Source: Octopus vulgaris
Taxonomy: Eukaryota
NCBI GenBank assembly: GCA_951406725.2
Contig: OX597816.1
Span: 156,426,001 to 156,490,000 of the forward strand
DNA length: 64,000 bases
Direction of reading: 5' to 3'
Positions 1 to 14,057 of the stretch are shown piece after piece (the stretch's first letter is position 1; every line of letters begins with the position of its first letter). The position numbers were made by a program, and so were the translations under genes. Below the pieces are notes generated by a model, which was not told the DNA's origin, did not search any database, and saw nothing but the letters and a program-made list of their open reading frames with translations.

Positions 1-15
1 TATATATATATGTAT

Positions 16-48
<33 letters not shown>

Positions 49-65
49 ATATGTATATATATATG

Positions 66-630
<565 letters not shown>

Positions 631-654
631 TTTATATATATATATATATATATA

Positions 655-830
655 CAACACGTGGAACAATTACAGTATTATTATTATTAGGCGCTCAGGA
701 AAATGGAAGAAGGAGGGTATGAAGTTTCGAGCGGAGCTCTTCGTCGGAAACATAGGAGAAAGAAAGATCCCGAGACGGGAGGACAGAGGAAAAAAAAAAA
801 TTGCAGGTAGTCTTCACGAGGTCACATACT
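655..830 (-). mobile_element. Short HHR-bearing repeat (family H1), Penelope-like pLTR-derived
   Basis: Minus strand reads gtttCCGACGAagagctccgctcGAAAC. Homologous to 23215-23390 and 61150-61360. Flanked by (TA)n on both sides. Confidence 0.7.
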
Positions 831-1840
831 ATATATATATATATATACATTCATATATAAGCTATTTATAAGGATACAGTTAGCCGGAATCAATGAATAA
901 TACTCTGAACAATTGAATATAAAGTTCTAAACGTTATGTAAGAGAGTTAACCTCTTGGAAAATCTTATTTGTTTAATTTAAAAACCAATATCATAGAGCG
1001 AGATTATTGTGTTACTGAATGTGTAGCCTAAAAACATTTGGAAAGAAACGTCCAGCTCTTCTAAAAAGTAATTAAAAAATCATAACCATTTAACAAAAGC
1101 TTGCATAGGAAATTGGCGCATACGGGAAAAATAATAACATTTAATATGTAAGAATGCATTACAAAATATTGGATGGGATGGAGAACTCAAGTAAATATGA
1201 ATTATCTGTGATTGCAAACTAGAAAAATAAATTTGAAAAGAAAGACATCTTTCTTGTGAAGTACAAGGAAGGATGTACATAACGAGAAGTAACTGTAAGA
1301 AGTGTTTTAAATATGAAAAATTTAGGTAGTATTAAATATTTTAATAAATAAATGAAGTTACGTGATTATGACACATGATGCTAATGTAAACGATAGCAAA
1401 AAGAATGATACGATGTGACTGGGTGGAGTATTAAAAGATTATCTAAAATATGAACCGTTTATATTATTGAAACCTTGCCTTGGGATTGGAAGACAAAACT
1501 GAGTTAAGTAAAATGCACCGGAACCGCATACATTGATGCACACATATATTTCCCTTCCGGCGCACAAACATGCACACGCACACACATACCTGCACAAGCA
1601 TATACACACATATATTTCTAAGGAAATAGTAAATCGTGTCATCAACGTTTCTCCGTTCATGCGCTTCTTTACAAATGCGTGACGGAGTCAAAGACTGCAG
1701 TGTGTAAACTACGAATGCGCTGTCAACCATTCCTGTCTGAAAATTTACGGAATCCTTCAATGTATTGAGTAAAGGCCTTCAGTCCACACTTCACTGCATC
1801 ACTGTATTTTCATATAATTATAAATAGAAATAAACATATA

Positions 1841-2155
1841 GATGCAGGAGTGGCTGCGTGGTAAGTAGATTGCTTACCAACCACATGGTTCCGGGTTCAG
1901 TCCCACTGCTTGGCACCTTGGGTAAGTGTCTTCTACTATAGCCTCGGGCCGACCAAAGCCTTGTGAGTGAGTTTGGTAGACGGAAACTAAAAATCGCCCG
2001 GTGTATATCTGCATATATGTGTGTGTATGTGTTTGTGTGTCTGTGTTTGATTGACAGCCGATACTGGTGTGCTTATGTTCACGTAACTTAGCGGTTCGAC
2101 AAAAGAGACCAATAAAACAAATACTAGGCTTACAAAGAATAAGTCCCGGGGTCGA
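1841..2155 (+). mobile_element. tRNA-derived SINE family S1 (internal TA/TG microsatellite)
   Basis: Head gcaggagtggctgcgtggtaagtag...ggttccgggttcagtccc and body shared with more than 10 copies in the window. Confidence 0.85.
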
Positions 2156-2238
2156 TATATATACACCGGAGTAGGCACATAAATTTGAGACAAGGTAGAA
2201 AAAAGGAGAACTCATATACCAGAGGTAGAGTAAAATGG

Positions 2239-2397
2239 TTTATTTAAAAGCAGCAGAAATATCACAAAAACTGTTATTCAGAGTTTCACGTTCCCGCTTG
2301 TTGGACAGTTTTGTTAGACTTTCACAAAACTGTACGACGAACGGGAACGTGAAACTCTGAGTAACGGTTTTTGTGATTTCTGCTGCTTTTAAATAAA
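2239..2397. repeat. Inverted repeat (~75 bp arms), each arm carrying a minimal hammerhead motif
   Basis: Left arm tttatttaaaagcagcagaaat...cagagtttcacgttcccg...acagttttgt is the reverse complement of right arm acaaaactgt...cgggaacgtgaaactctg...atttctgctgcttttaaataaa. Confidence 0.85.
2322..2376 (+). ncRNA. Type I hammerhead ribozyme-like motif (core C3 mutated)
   Basis: Stem I tcacaaaactgt/acggtttttgtga, core aCGACGA, stem II acg-ggaa-cgt, GAAAC, palindromic stem III ACTC-T-GAGT, GUA cleavage triplet. Confidence 0.65.
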
Positions 2398-2479
<82 letters not shown>

Positions 2480-2596
2480 TCACACACACACACATATATA
2501 TATATACGTATATATAAATACATATATATATATATATATATATATATGCATATATGCATACACACACATACACACACATGTACATACATATACATC

Positions 2597-2800
2597 GTGG
2601 CACTCCGTCGGTTACGGCGATGATCCGATCAACATAACAGCTTGTTCGTGAATTTAACGTGTAAGTGGCTGAGCACTCCACAGATATGTGTACCCTTAAC
2701 GTAGCTCTAAGGGAGATTCAGCGTGACACAGAATGTGACACGGCTGGCCTTTTGAAATTACAGGTACAGCAGAAAAAGGAAGAAAGTTGCCGTGGAAGAA
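2597..2800 (-). mobile_element. SINE family S3 (tRNA-Arg/OR-like), 3' part
   Basis: gcactccgtcggttacg...gtggctgagcactccacag...cagcgtgacacag matches the full copy at 24085-24464. Confidence 0.8.
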
Positions 2801-2847
2801 TACAGTAGTATGTATTTATATATATACATTCCTACACACATATATTT

Positions 2848-2920
<73 letters not shown>

Positions 2921-3017
2921 TACACACATACACACACATATATATATATATTCATGTATATATATACACACATATATATGCATACGCGTCCTTTATATAT
3001 ATGTGTGTGTGTGCGTG

Positions 3018-3330
3018 AAGGCGCGTAGCTTAGTGGTTAGGGCATTCCACTCACGATCGTAAGGTCGTGAGTTCAATTTCCAGGGACGTGTTGTGTCCTT
3101 GAGCAAGAGATTTTATTTCAAGTTGGTCCAGTCCATTCAGCTGGCAAAAGTGAGTAGTACCTGTATTTCAAAGGGCCAGCCTTTTCACACCCTGTGTCAC
3201 GCTGAATCTCCCTGAGAACTACGTGAAGGGTCTGTGGAGTACTCAGCCATTTCCACGTAAATCTCACGAGCAAGCTGTTCTGTTGATCGTATCAGCTGGG
3301 AACCACAACGTCGTAACCGACGGAGTGCTC
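3018..3330 (+). mobile_element. SINE family S3 variant
   Basis: A-box tagcttagtgg, B-box gagttcaattt, then ccttgagcaag and tail cgtcgtaaccgacggagtgc. Confidence 0.85.
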
Positions 3331-3370
3331 CAAATCGCATTATATATATATATATATGTATCTATTATAC

Positions 3371-3401
<31 letters not shown>

Positions 3402-3442
3402 CGTATACAGCTACATACATATATGCATGTATATATATATTT

Positions 3443-3669
3443 CTTTACTACCCACAAGGGGCTAAACACAGAGGGGACAAACAAGGACAGACAAACGGAT
3501 TAAGTCGGTTACATCGACCCCAGTGCGTAACTGGTACTTAATTTATCGACCCCGAAAGGATGAAAGGCAAAGTCGACCTCGACGGAATTTGAACTCAGAA
3601 CGTAACGGCAGACAAAATACGGCTACGCATTTCGCCCGGCGTGCTAACGTTTCTGCCAGCTCGCCGCCT
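3443..3669 (-). mobile_element. SINE family S2
   Basis: Reverse complement of ggcggcgagctggcagaaacgttagcacgccgggcgaaatgcg...gaggtcgactttgcctttcatcctttcggggtcgataaattaagtaccag. Confidence 0.9.
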
Positions 3670-3721
3670 TGTATGTATATATATGTATACCTTCAATCCT
3701 AGATGTATGTATGCATGTACG

Positions 3722-4100
3722 TAACTTTCACTTTGTTTCTGAATATATATTGTATAATCTAATCAAATTATATAATTTGAAACTGCCAGATTCAAAACTA
3801 ATATGAAAAAAAAATCAATTTAAGTTAATGAATTCTCAATAGAATATGACGTAAAATTTAAGTATACGTAGGATGTTTGCTGATGGAATGTCACTAACAT
3901 ATCTGAACATATATTTGTCACCGTTTCAATTGTGACCACCCAAACAGTTCCATGTCGTGGAACGAATAGCTGTGCGTACTATATCTTAGAACAACGGTTA
4001 AGAATTTTTCATAACAAAGACAGAAAATTTATTTTCCTGTTATGATCAATGGTCCTATTATAACGTGAGTTAAATACTCATGATGAGTTCATGTCTGGTG
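3722..4100. repeat. Diverged duplicated block A1 (paralog of 7028-7395)
   Basis: Shared colinear words ttttcactttgttt, aaaaaatcaatt, atatttgtcac, gcgtactat, ttcataacaaag, cagaaaa, caatggtcc and attataa. Confidence 0.75.
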
Positions 4101-4118
4101 AATAAAAGTATATGAGTG

Positions 4119-4165
<47 letters not shown>

Positions 4166-4192
4166 GTGTGTGTGTGTGCGTGTGTGTGTATG

Positions 4193-4225
<33 letters not shown>

Positions 4226-4528
4226 ATGTGTGTGTGTATCTCCTTGTATATGAAGATCTATAACAAGCAAGGCTTTATATATAATAATATATCTGCAAAA
4301 ATGCACATACTTTGTGTCTAAGAATATATGTGCATGTGAGTGTGTGTGTGTTTCTGTCTGTCTGTCAGTGTATCTGTCTATCTGTGTCTCTGTGTTTCTG
4401 CGTGTGTATGTGTGCGTTTTGTAAACTATAACTAATAAATAGTTTATATCGTATAAATATTATCTATGAAACTTAATACATTTGGATAGGCTGGATAGTT
4501 GCGTATATTTTACGATAAAAAGTTTGTC

Positions 4529-4610
4529 TACTCTGAGTTTCCCCTTGGCAGATCACGACTCTCAGCTGGCTGACGACAGTCGTGATGAGCCGAAGGCAAA
4601 ACTCAGAGTA
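4529..4610 (+). ncRNA. 82-nt hairpin B1 (candidate structured RNA or inverted HHR pair)
   Basis: tactctgagttt/aaactcagagta and atcacgact/agtcgtgat pair. Paralog at 8246-8327. Followed by a T-run. Confidence 0.5.
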
Positions 4611-4701
4611 CAGGGGTGTTTTTTAATATTATTATTGATATGGATCATACACATACATATGTACATTTGTATATATTTTAAGTTTAGAAATATTTTCTCT
4701 A

Positions 4702-4789
<88 letters not shown>

Positions 4790-6454
4790 CATATATATAT
4801 ATATGTATCTGTATGTGTGTGAGTGAGAGAAAGAGTTTATATATACATATATATTTATATATTTATTCAGATACGTGTCTGTGTGTATAGATATATATGA
4901 ATGCTACTGTTTGTGTGTGTATGCGAGGGCAGAGCATTCATAATCTGAAATCTACTAATGTTGACGTATAATCCAGTTCGTGTGTGTAACCAACTACTTT
5001 GACAGGGAAAGTGATCACTGGGAATATTGTGTACGAAAATCAAAACAAAGTGTTGATGGACTCATAGCAGATCCCGATCATTCAATACAAACTATATACT
5101 GACTCGCATTAACGTAGGTGAGAAGAGATGTGTTACATGACAAACCTCTTCCAGTGATAAGTTCCAGTAGCCTCAGAATCAGTTTATCTTGCTATGTGAT
5201 TGTTCACTGTGAGAGTGCTAAAGGTAACTGGAAAAGCTATTAACCATTAAAGCATTTGAAGTTGTCCTTTGAAGCAATGTTGTTAAGGGAAAAATACACC
5301 ACATTGATCTTCGATCGGGCTGCCTTGGATTTTGTTACTTGACTCCTGTTCAGAGTAGCAGTTGAAAATTTTGCAGGATTCAAGAAATCTTGTCTTTGTC
5401 TCAGTCAATAGAATGTCTGAATATTGCTAGACAGAGCATGGAATCTCATCATCACACGATGTAGACATCAATACAGGTACCGTTTGTGAAAGGTATGCGT
5501 CAGGATAGGACAGTATATTGGATATTAGGTAGATTTATTTGGGCATGAAAACCAGCAGATAAGATACATGTGAACATAGATGGTTTACCATAAGAATGGC
5601 ATTATGGACATACCGTATTTATATCCCAAACCAACTATTGTTAGTGACTGGATAAGACAACAGTTCCTGATAGAAAATGTTGGCATGCCACTTTCATCAT
5701 ATTTAATACTCCCACTAAAATCAATCGGAACACGATAGGAAAGCAGTTCTGCAGCCCTCCTAAAATAATTGCTTGCCGAATACTTCAGGAAGACTAACTG
5801 ACGCAGGTATGTAATCCAGTGACAACGTTTGATCTAAAGCTGAAAAGTGACCTTGGGCTATTGGTAAACGCAATGTGGTACGTCGAAAACAGATAGAGTA
5901 TTTCTTAATTCTTACTCTGAACAAAATGTCATTATTACTAACGCCATCTTCAGATAGACGGGAGAACAAAAAGTGAAAAGGATGCGTTCGTATCCGAAAC
6001 AATTCTGTCTATCAGATATCTCGCATTACTGGTTTGAACAGGACAGAAATCATGTGTATTTCACAGGAGATAAGTAGGGTAAAGTATAGTGTGCTTTAGC
6101 AATTGCTTTGGTTGAAGATAGTCTTCTCGTTAGTCACGAAACGGAACAGGACCCTGTAATCCTAAGACAAATAAATTAGCAACGGAGAGGTCCGGGGGTA
6201 GGAATGCAAAGGCTTTTCGGGAAAAGGTATAGATGATTTTCTGTAATTGTGGGGTAAACAAAACCTGGAAGTTTCAGTGTACCTAAGAGTATGACATAGA
6301 TAAAGATATGTTCAGTAAACTAACTTGGAATCATCAGAAATACTTATTTGTGGGAATACTACTCTTCATTGTTAGATCAGCACAATGGAGCTCGCCAAAA
6401 TTGTTTACAAGCCCCAAACACAGTATCAAGGTAAGAGGATTGTTCAGGAAAATA

Positions 6455-6669
6455 CGAGGGGTCCTGAAAAGTTCCTTTCTTTGGGTATTATAATAAAAAA
6501 AGAAGTGGATCGGTTAAATATGACTTTGTTAAACGTATTCCTCTCTCAAACTCACACACTGCAGCGACCCTTCAGTTATTTTAAACTCTGTAAAAGAACT
6601 CAGAAGTTTGGGCTTCCGGCAACCCTTGCGCAATACGGTTAAAACGAGGAATTTTTCTACACTCCCTCG
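6455..6669. mobile_element. Tc1/mariner-type MITE
   Basis: Imperfect TIRs TA|cgaggggtcctgaaaagttcct ... aggaatttttctacactccctcg|TA with TA duplication. Confidence 0.75.
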
Positions 6670-7027
6670 TACCTACAAGATAAAGTTGAAATGAGGGCAA
6701 ACATGGTTGAGTTGCAATCGGTTGCTCATTTCAGTGAAACGTTTAGTTCGTATTATAAATTGAAGATAGTTTGTATTATGAATTGAAGCAAAAAAAGAGG
6801 GGTTCTAATTAGCTGTGAGCAGCATAAATCAATAATGATTTATGAATAAGTACAAATTTCTGGTCGTTTTGTAGAAAACGTGCTGTAGTTGCTCACTGAA
6901 AGTCAAGTAGGTAATTTGGAAAACGTTATAAGCATACATATACATATTGATAACATAAATTACGGTGTGCAGTAACAGATTGTACGTGATGCTACTCTGC
7001 TACGATTATTATTAAAGAAATATATAT

Positions 7028-7395
7028 AATTTTCACTTTGTTTTTCTATAGCTACTATAAATTTTGGAATGATGATGTAGGTACATATTACCAAACCAAA
7101 ATTAATATTCAAAAAATCAATTAAATTTAATGTAAATTTTAATGAAATTTGATCTAAGATAAAAATTTAGGCAGGATAGTTAGAGGTAGAATTTCACTCA
7201 CATATCCGAGATTATATTTGTCACAGATTCATTGGCAATCTCCCAACAAGTTCCATATAATAAAATAACTTGCAGCAAGCTGCGTACTATTACTTAGAGC
7301 AATTGTGAAATTATTTCATAACAAAGGCAGAAAAATCTATTTTACAATCTTTACCAATGGTCCAATTATAATGTGAACTACATATTTCTGTTGAA
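7028..7395. repeat. Diverged duplicated block A2 (paralog of 3722-4100)
   Basis: Colinear similarity to block A1. Confidence 0.75.
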
Positions 7396-7447
7396 TTTAT
7401 GCGTAGTATATAAATTTACGAGTGTATGTATATGTATATATAAGTAT

Positions 7448-7491
<44 letters not shown>

Positions 7492-7603
7492 GTAGGATAT
7501 ATTCATGTATATATATATATATATATATACGTGTGTATATATATTTATTGGTGACATATACACGTATCATATATATATTATGTGTATATGTATGTGTATA
7601 TGG

Positions 7604-7651
<48 letters not shown>

Positions 7652-7935
7652 AATATATTTAATTATATGTTTTTATTTAAGCGTGTGTGTGTGTGTGTAA
7701 ATATATATACAACGTTTGGACTAGTGAACAAAATACTATATTTAATAACAATAACAAGGACAGCCAGTGAAAATGAAGGAATTTTTTCGTATTATACTTA
7801 TACCCATGTACAGAAAAAGTGCGTGTTCTTGGTAAACAAAATTAAATGTGTTAAAATAAAATGAAACAATCATAAAATAGGCAAAAATAAAGTAGGATAT
7901 TTGAATTCCATCTAGCATACGAGAATGCAATGTAC

Positions 7936-7984
<49 letters not shown>

Positions 7985-8079
7985 TCTTTATGTAGAGATA
8001 GATCAGATAGAGACAAATACATATATATAAATATACACATTCTTTTATTACAACAAATACACATGTATCTATATGGATA

Positions 8080-8125
<46 letters not shown>

Positions 8126-8245
8126 GGAATCTTTGTCAAATATGACAAACAAGTCTTTTGCATCTTGTAAATGTTATCTATGAAACTTAATATATTTGAA
8201 TAGGCTGGATAGATGGATATATTATTGTACGATAAAAAGTTAGTC

Positions 8246-8327
8246 TGCTCAGAGTTCCCTTTTGGCAGATCACGACGCTCAGCTGGCTGACGACAGTCAT
8301 GATGAGCCGAGGGCAAACCTCTGAGTA
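8246..8327 (+). ncRNA. 82-nt hairpin B2 (paralog of B1)
   Basis: Ungapped alignment to B1 with 10 differences in 88 nt (manual count). The fold is preserved and a T-run follows. Confidence 0.5.
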
Positions 8328-8464
8328 CAGTGGCGTTTCGTTTTTTTTATGCAGATGTATCTCAGTTTCTGTGCGTTTCTGTGTGTGTGTGTGTGTGTGC
8401 ATAGATTCATATACACACATATATATATATGTAGGTGTATTTGTGTGCATACACACAAACACAC

Positions 8465-8502
<38 letters not shown>

Positions 8503-8634
8503 CTCCCTCTCTCTCTCACACACACACACATATATATTATACATACATATATATGTATATATATACATATATTATATGCATAGTAATATATGCCTGTGTA
8601 TTTCTATACATGTGTGTGCGCGCGTATGCATTTG

Positions 8635-8687
<53 letters not shown>

Positions 8688-8709
8688 ATATATACATATA
8701 TATATATTT

Positions 8710-8790
<81 letters not shown>

Positions 8791-8831
8791 AGACAAATAT
8801 ATATATATGTATATATACATATATATATATT

Positions 8832-8876
<45 letters not shown>

Positions 8877-8988
8877 AATATATATATAGGCATATACGTA
8901 TGGTAAAATACATTGGTACGTGCACAGATTTATGTGTTTATGCGTGGACGATTGTATAGATGCTAACATAAGTTTGTGCATACATACA

Positions 8989-9022
<34 letters not shown>

Positions 9023-9351
9023 CAAAATGCATATTTAATTTCGGAAAGATATTTGAAGATTCGTATATATATGTATATACATTTTACTAATTACGTTTCA
9101 TTTTGCTATTACATTCGATGTATATGAAATAAATTTATATATATAATTAGAAAAATACATTTGTGTACTTTACCCTATGTTTCGAATGCTGTACATCGAA
9201 AATATTCACTATTTTTATAACGTAAAATAGCGAAGTTCCTACTTTTGATGTTTTATGGAAAAACCAGTAACTGAAAATTGTACCTTCGATAACAGACCGT
9301 TCTTATTAATAATTGTACAAAAACTACTTTATAACTATTTCCACACACACA

Positions 9352-9422
<71 letters not shown>

Positions 9423-9512
9423 GCACACGCACATACACACACACATGTCGATTTATAGATATAGTTTCATATAAGCACATATATATATATAGGCGGGCTG
9501 TATGTTAAGCAC

Positions 9513-9702
9513 AGGCGCAGGAGTGGCTGTGTGGTAAATATAGGCACAGGAGTGGCTGTGTGCTAAGTGTGTTGCTTACTAACCACATCGTTCCGAGTTC
9601 AGTCCGACCGCGTGACACTTTGGGCAAGTGTCTTCTACTATAGCATCGGGCTGACCAAACCCTTGTGAGTGGACTTAGTAGACGGAAACTGAAAGAAGAC
9701 AG

Positions 9703-9773
<71 letters not shown>

Positions 9774-9986
9774 CGTATGTATATGTTAGTGTGTCGGTGT
9801 TTGTCCCCCCAACATTGCTTGACAACCGATGGTGGTGTGTTTATGTCCCTGTCATCTAGCGCTTCGGCAAGACAGACCGATAGAATACGTACTAGGCTTA
9901 CAAAGAAAAAGTCCTGGGGTCGATTTGCTCGACTAAAGCCGGTGCTTCAGGATGGCCGCAGTCAACTGACTGAGACAAATAACAGA

Positions 9987-9987
<1 letters not shown>
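9513..9987 (+). mobile_element. SINE family S1, near full length, duplicated head
   Basis: caggagtggctgtgtg occurs twice (9513, 9542). Internal (TA)n, 3' end atggccgcagtcaactgactgagacaa. Confidence 0.85.
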
Positions 9988-10017
<30 letters not shown>

Positions 10018-10296
10018 CTTTAACTGTTTCGGCTGTGGCCCTGCTGGGGTATAACCATTAATATATCTATCATATATACACATCTTTCTATATATACATA
10101 TATGTGTGTGAGTGTGTGTGTGTGTGTGCGGGTGTGCTTGTGCATGTGTGTGTTTGTGAACATTTGTGTGTGTACGTATCTTTCTGTATACCTATGTATC
10201 TGTGCAGGAATCATAGTAAAAGCATGCTTCCCTCATATACACGTGATAGAAATTTGATATAACTTAGTAAATTCAAGTATGAATATGTACTATAAA

Positions 10297-10331
<35 letters not shown>

Positions 10332-10684
10332 TACGCATACACACGCAGATATATATAGACTAATGCACGTATATATACACATAAGTATAGGTATAGTAAT
10401 GTATACGTTGTGCGTGCGTGTGCACGCGAGTGTATATATATATGTGTGTGTTTGTGTAATTGTATATGTGTATATAAACCTTTGATTGTATATGGGTGTT
10501 CATGCGACTGTTGTTACACAATAAGTTTGCATACAACAGATCATTCAGTATCGGTATATCTAGCATTAACCTGTTGCTTTAACAACTATAAACCATTCAT
10601 CAGGTGATAAAAATCACGTGAACTGGCAGAAGATCGAAACCCGCTGAAGCAGCCCAACTCATTAAAATTTACTGTAACCTCTTG

Positions 10685-10822
<138 letters not shown>

Positions 10823-10877
10823 GCACTCACACACGCACAAATACACACATAAAATTAATATTTATGCATATATATAA

Positions 10878-11033
10878 GGAGTGGCTGTGTGGTAAGAAGC
10901 TTGCTTCTCAACCACATGTCTCCGGGTTCACTTCCACTGCGTGGCACCTTGAGCAAGTTTCTTATACTATAGCCTCGGACCGACCAAAGCCTTGTGAGTG
11001 GATTTGGTAGACGGAAACTGGAAGAAACCGGTC

Positions 11034-11082
<49 letters not shown>

Positions 11083-11217
11083 CATGTGTTTGTGTGTATG
11101 TGTATTTGTTTGTCTGTGCTTGTCCACCACCTTCGCTTGACAACCGATTTTGGTGTGCTTACGTCCTCATACCTTAACAGTTCAACAAAAGAGATCGATA
11201 AAATAAGTAATAGGTTT
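10878..11217 (+). mobile_element. SINE family S1
   Basis: gagtggctgtgtggtaagaagcttgc...gaccaaagccttgtgagtggatttggtagacggaaactg. Confidence 0.85.
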
Positions 11218-11265
11218 AGAAATTATCAGTCCTTATTATAGTGCGTATATATATGCATGTGTGTA

Positions 11266-11343
<78 letters not shown>

Positions 11344-12230
11344 TGTTATATGTGTGTGTGTGTGTGTGTATTATGTATATGTATGTATGCATGTATGTAT
11401 GTATGTATGTATGTATGTATGTATGTATGTATGTATGTATGTATGTATGTATGTATGTATTGCACCGCCTTGAAGTACTTTTGTCGATCAAAATCGAGAC
11501 CGGTACTTTTCATTTTGTATTCCTGGCATTATTTTCATCAGTTCCTTTTACAGAATCTCTAATTACAAACAATTATTTCATTAAACTTCCTTATTCATTG
11601 AAACAGTCACATTGCTAAACCACCAGCATTCTCTGTTGACATATTGATATAAACATGTAAACGAATAACTAGATAAACTTATAAATAATAATCATATAAA
11701 TACATATTAGCTTACATATAAATCTAATAATAAAGTTTTCTAGCGTAGGAAGATGTGTCCGTTTATAACCTTTTGGCCCAACCCAATAGCTTGAGGGTGC
11801 GCGTGGGACAATTGATTAAGTCGATCGACCCCCATTATTTGATGTGAACTCAAGTATATCGACCCCAATAAGACTTTAACCCTTATGAGGCTTTCTTATA
11901 AAGGATGAAAGCACCAAAAGTTGGAGGATACAAATTCAGAGTCGATAACGATATAATTGACATTCGGACCTGGAATTGGTAATTTTATCGACCCCATAAC
12001 GATGAAATACAAAGTTAACCACTGCAGATTTCGAACACAGAATGTAGGGTAGGGGACATAAAATCATACAAGTAAGGTATCTGTGACTCTACCGCTTCTG
12101 GTGCCATTATTCCTTATACTAGGAAATGAATATCATAAGAAACAACCACTGTATTATGAGCTTGTTTACTGCTACTGATCACATAAGTTGCATGTTAGAA
12201 TTTTGGGTGGTCATTGTAAGCGAGATCAAA

Positions 12231-12268
<38 letters not shown>

Positions 12269-12500
12269 ACACCGGGAAGTGTACTAAATAACAAAATTAT
12301 CAACTTTGTTTCCCTACATCTTAATTCCCATCTAAACGTTTCCAGTTTCTCTGTTGTTTCGTAGAGAGAGTTTGACTAATCTATCAGACCTTTAAAATGT
12401 GTGAACTTGTGCAAAGTTGTGATGTTCACAAGCAGACAGGATGGAGACATACAAACACGGACCCACAGAAATATATTTGTGTGTATGTACATATACATGA

Positions 12501-12577
<77 letters not shown>

Positions 12578-13620
12578 CAGACACAGACACGCACACAGAC
12601 ACTCAATATTATATTTGTGTGTGTACATACATACAAGTGTTCATACATATATACATATATATACATGCATTTATAATTATATATATATATATATATATAT
12701 CAAATTATATAGATAATTAGATAGATACATACATATATATATATATTATATGTATATATATATACAACACACACACACATACACAATATATGCGTATACA
12801 TGTATGCGTATGTATTTACATAGAGATGTAGATTAATAAATAAATATATATATATATGCAAAGATATCTGTATATGTTTGTGTTTGCGTGTGTGCATGCC
12901 TGATCGCATGCGCTTGAATGTGTATGTGTATGTGTGTGTGTGTGTGTGTGTATTTCATTCATACATACCTGATTTTTAAATATACGTATATCTCCAACTA
13001 TTTGTTACAGTTATTCAAATACTTCAGCGGCCAGCTGGTGCATACATATCTACAGGTGACAAGCTTGTATGAACTTCGAGAAAAACACCAGTTGCTGTTG
13101 AAACGTTCATGCATATCCCATGCCCAACTGTACGGTGAAACAGCGAACAGCTGCCGTGCACTCAACCTCCATGGCAGTCATGGTTCACTCGAGAACTGAA
13201 CACACGCGCACACACATACACAGACTTCCGCACGTAGAAGTTCGCAATGTTTATACCGATGTGATCGTTGTGGATTTGTATAGGGTCAGGGAAGGATAGC
13301 ACAAACGGTCGATTTAAAAGGCGCTCCAGCCGCGGCTATCACACAACTTTTTATTACTTTCAATTTAAATATTCATGATTTTTTTTCCAGGCATATATTA
13401 TCTATGGTTTGATTATTCAATGTTTGTTAAGAGAGCAGGATGAGGGAGGTTTGTCTGCCACTTTTGACAAACTGATATCTTCAAAAGAATCTTCCTCACT
13501 CATTTGTTTATGTTTGTTGTTTGAGAAAACGGCTACGTGTTAGTAAAGCTATATCTGTGTATATGTGTGCGTGTGTGTGTATATATATATATATATATTT
13601 TATATATAGGTATATATATA

Positions 13621-13650
<30 letters not shown>

Positions 13651-13652
<2 letters not shown>

Positions 13653-14057
13653 CTTTTATTCTTTTACTTGTTTCTGTTATTTGACTGTGGCCATGCCGGA
13701 GCACCGCCTTTAGTCGAGCAAATCGACTCCAGGACTTATTCTTTGTAAGCCTAGTACTTATTCTCTCGGTCTCGTTTTCAGATCCGCTAAGTTACGAGGA
13801 CGTAAACACACCAGCATCGGTTGTCAAGCCTTGGCGGTGGGGGACAAACACAGACACATAAACACACACAGACACACACATACACATATATATACGATGG
13901 GCTTCTTTCAGTTTCCGTCTACCAAATCCACTCACAAGGGTTCGGTCGGTCCGAGGCTATAGTAAAAACACTTGTTCTAGGTGCCACGCAGTGGGACTGA
14001 ACCCAGAACCATGTGGTTGTTAAGCAAGCTACTTACCACACAGTCGCTCCTGCGCCT
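13651..14057 (-). mobile_element. SINE family S1, full length
   Basis: Reverse complement from aggcgcaggagcgactgtgtggtaag to a gtaaaagaataaaagaa tail. Confidence 0.9.

Noticed and set aside
4529-4610. Hairpin as SECIS, C/D snoRNA or U3
   Set aside because: RTGATGA is present but the D-box CTGA downstream of it is not conserved in both copies. There is no AUGA/AA/GA SECIS geometry and no U3 boxes.
9255-9330. Serpin-like motif TFDNRPFLLII
   Set aside because: It misses the hydrophobic positions before [DNQ]-R-P-F, lacks the downstream LF.G motif, runs into (CA)n, and no other serpin exons are seen.
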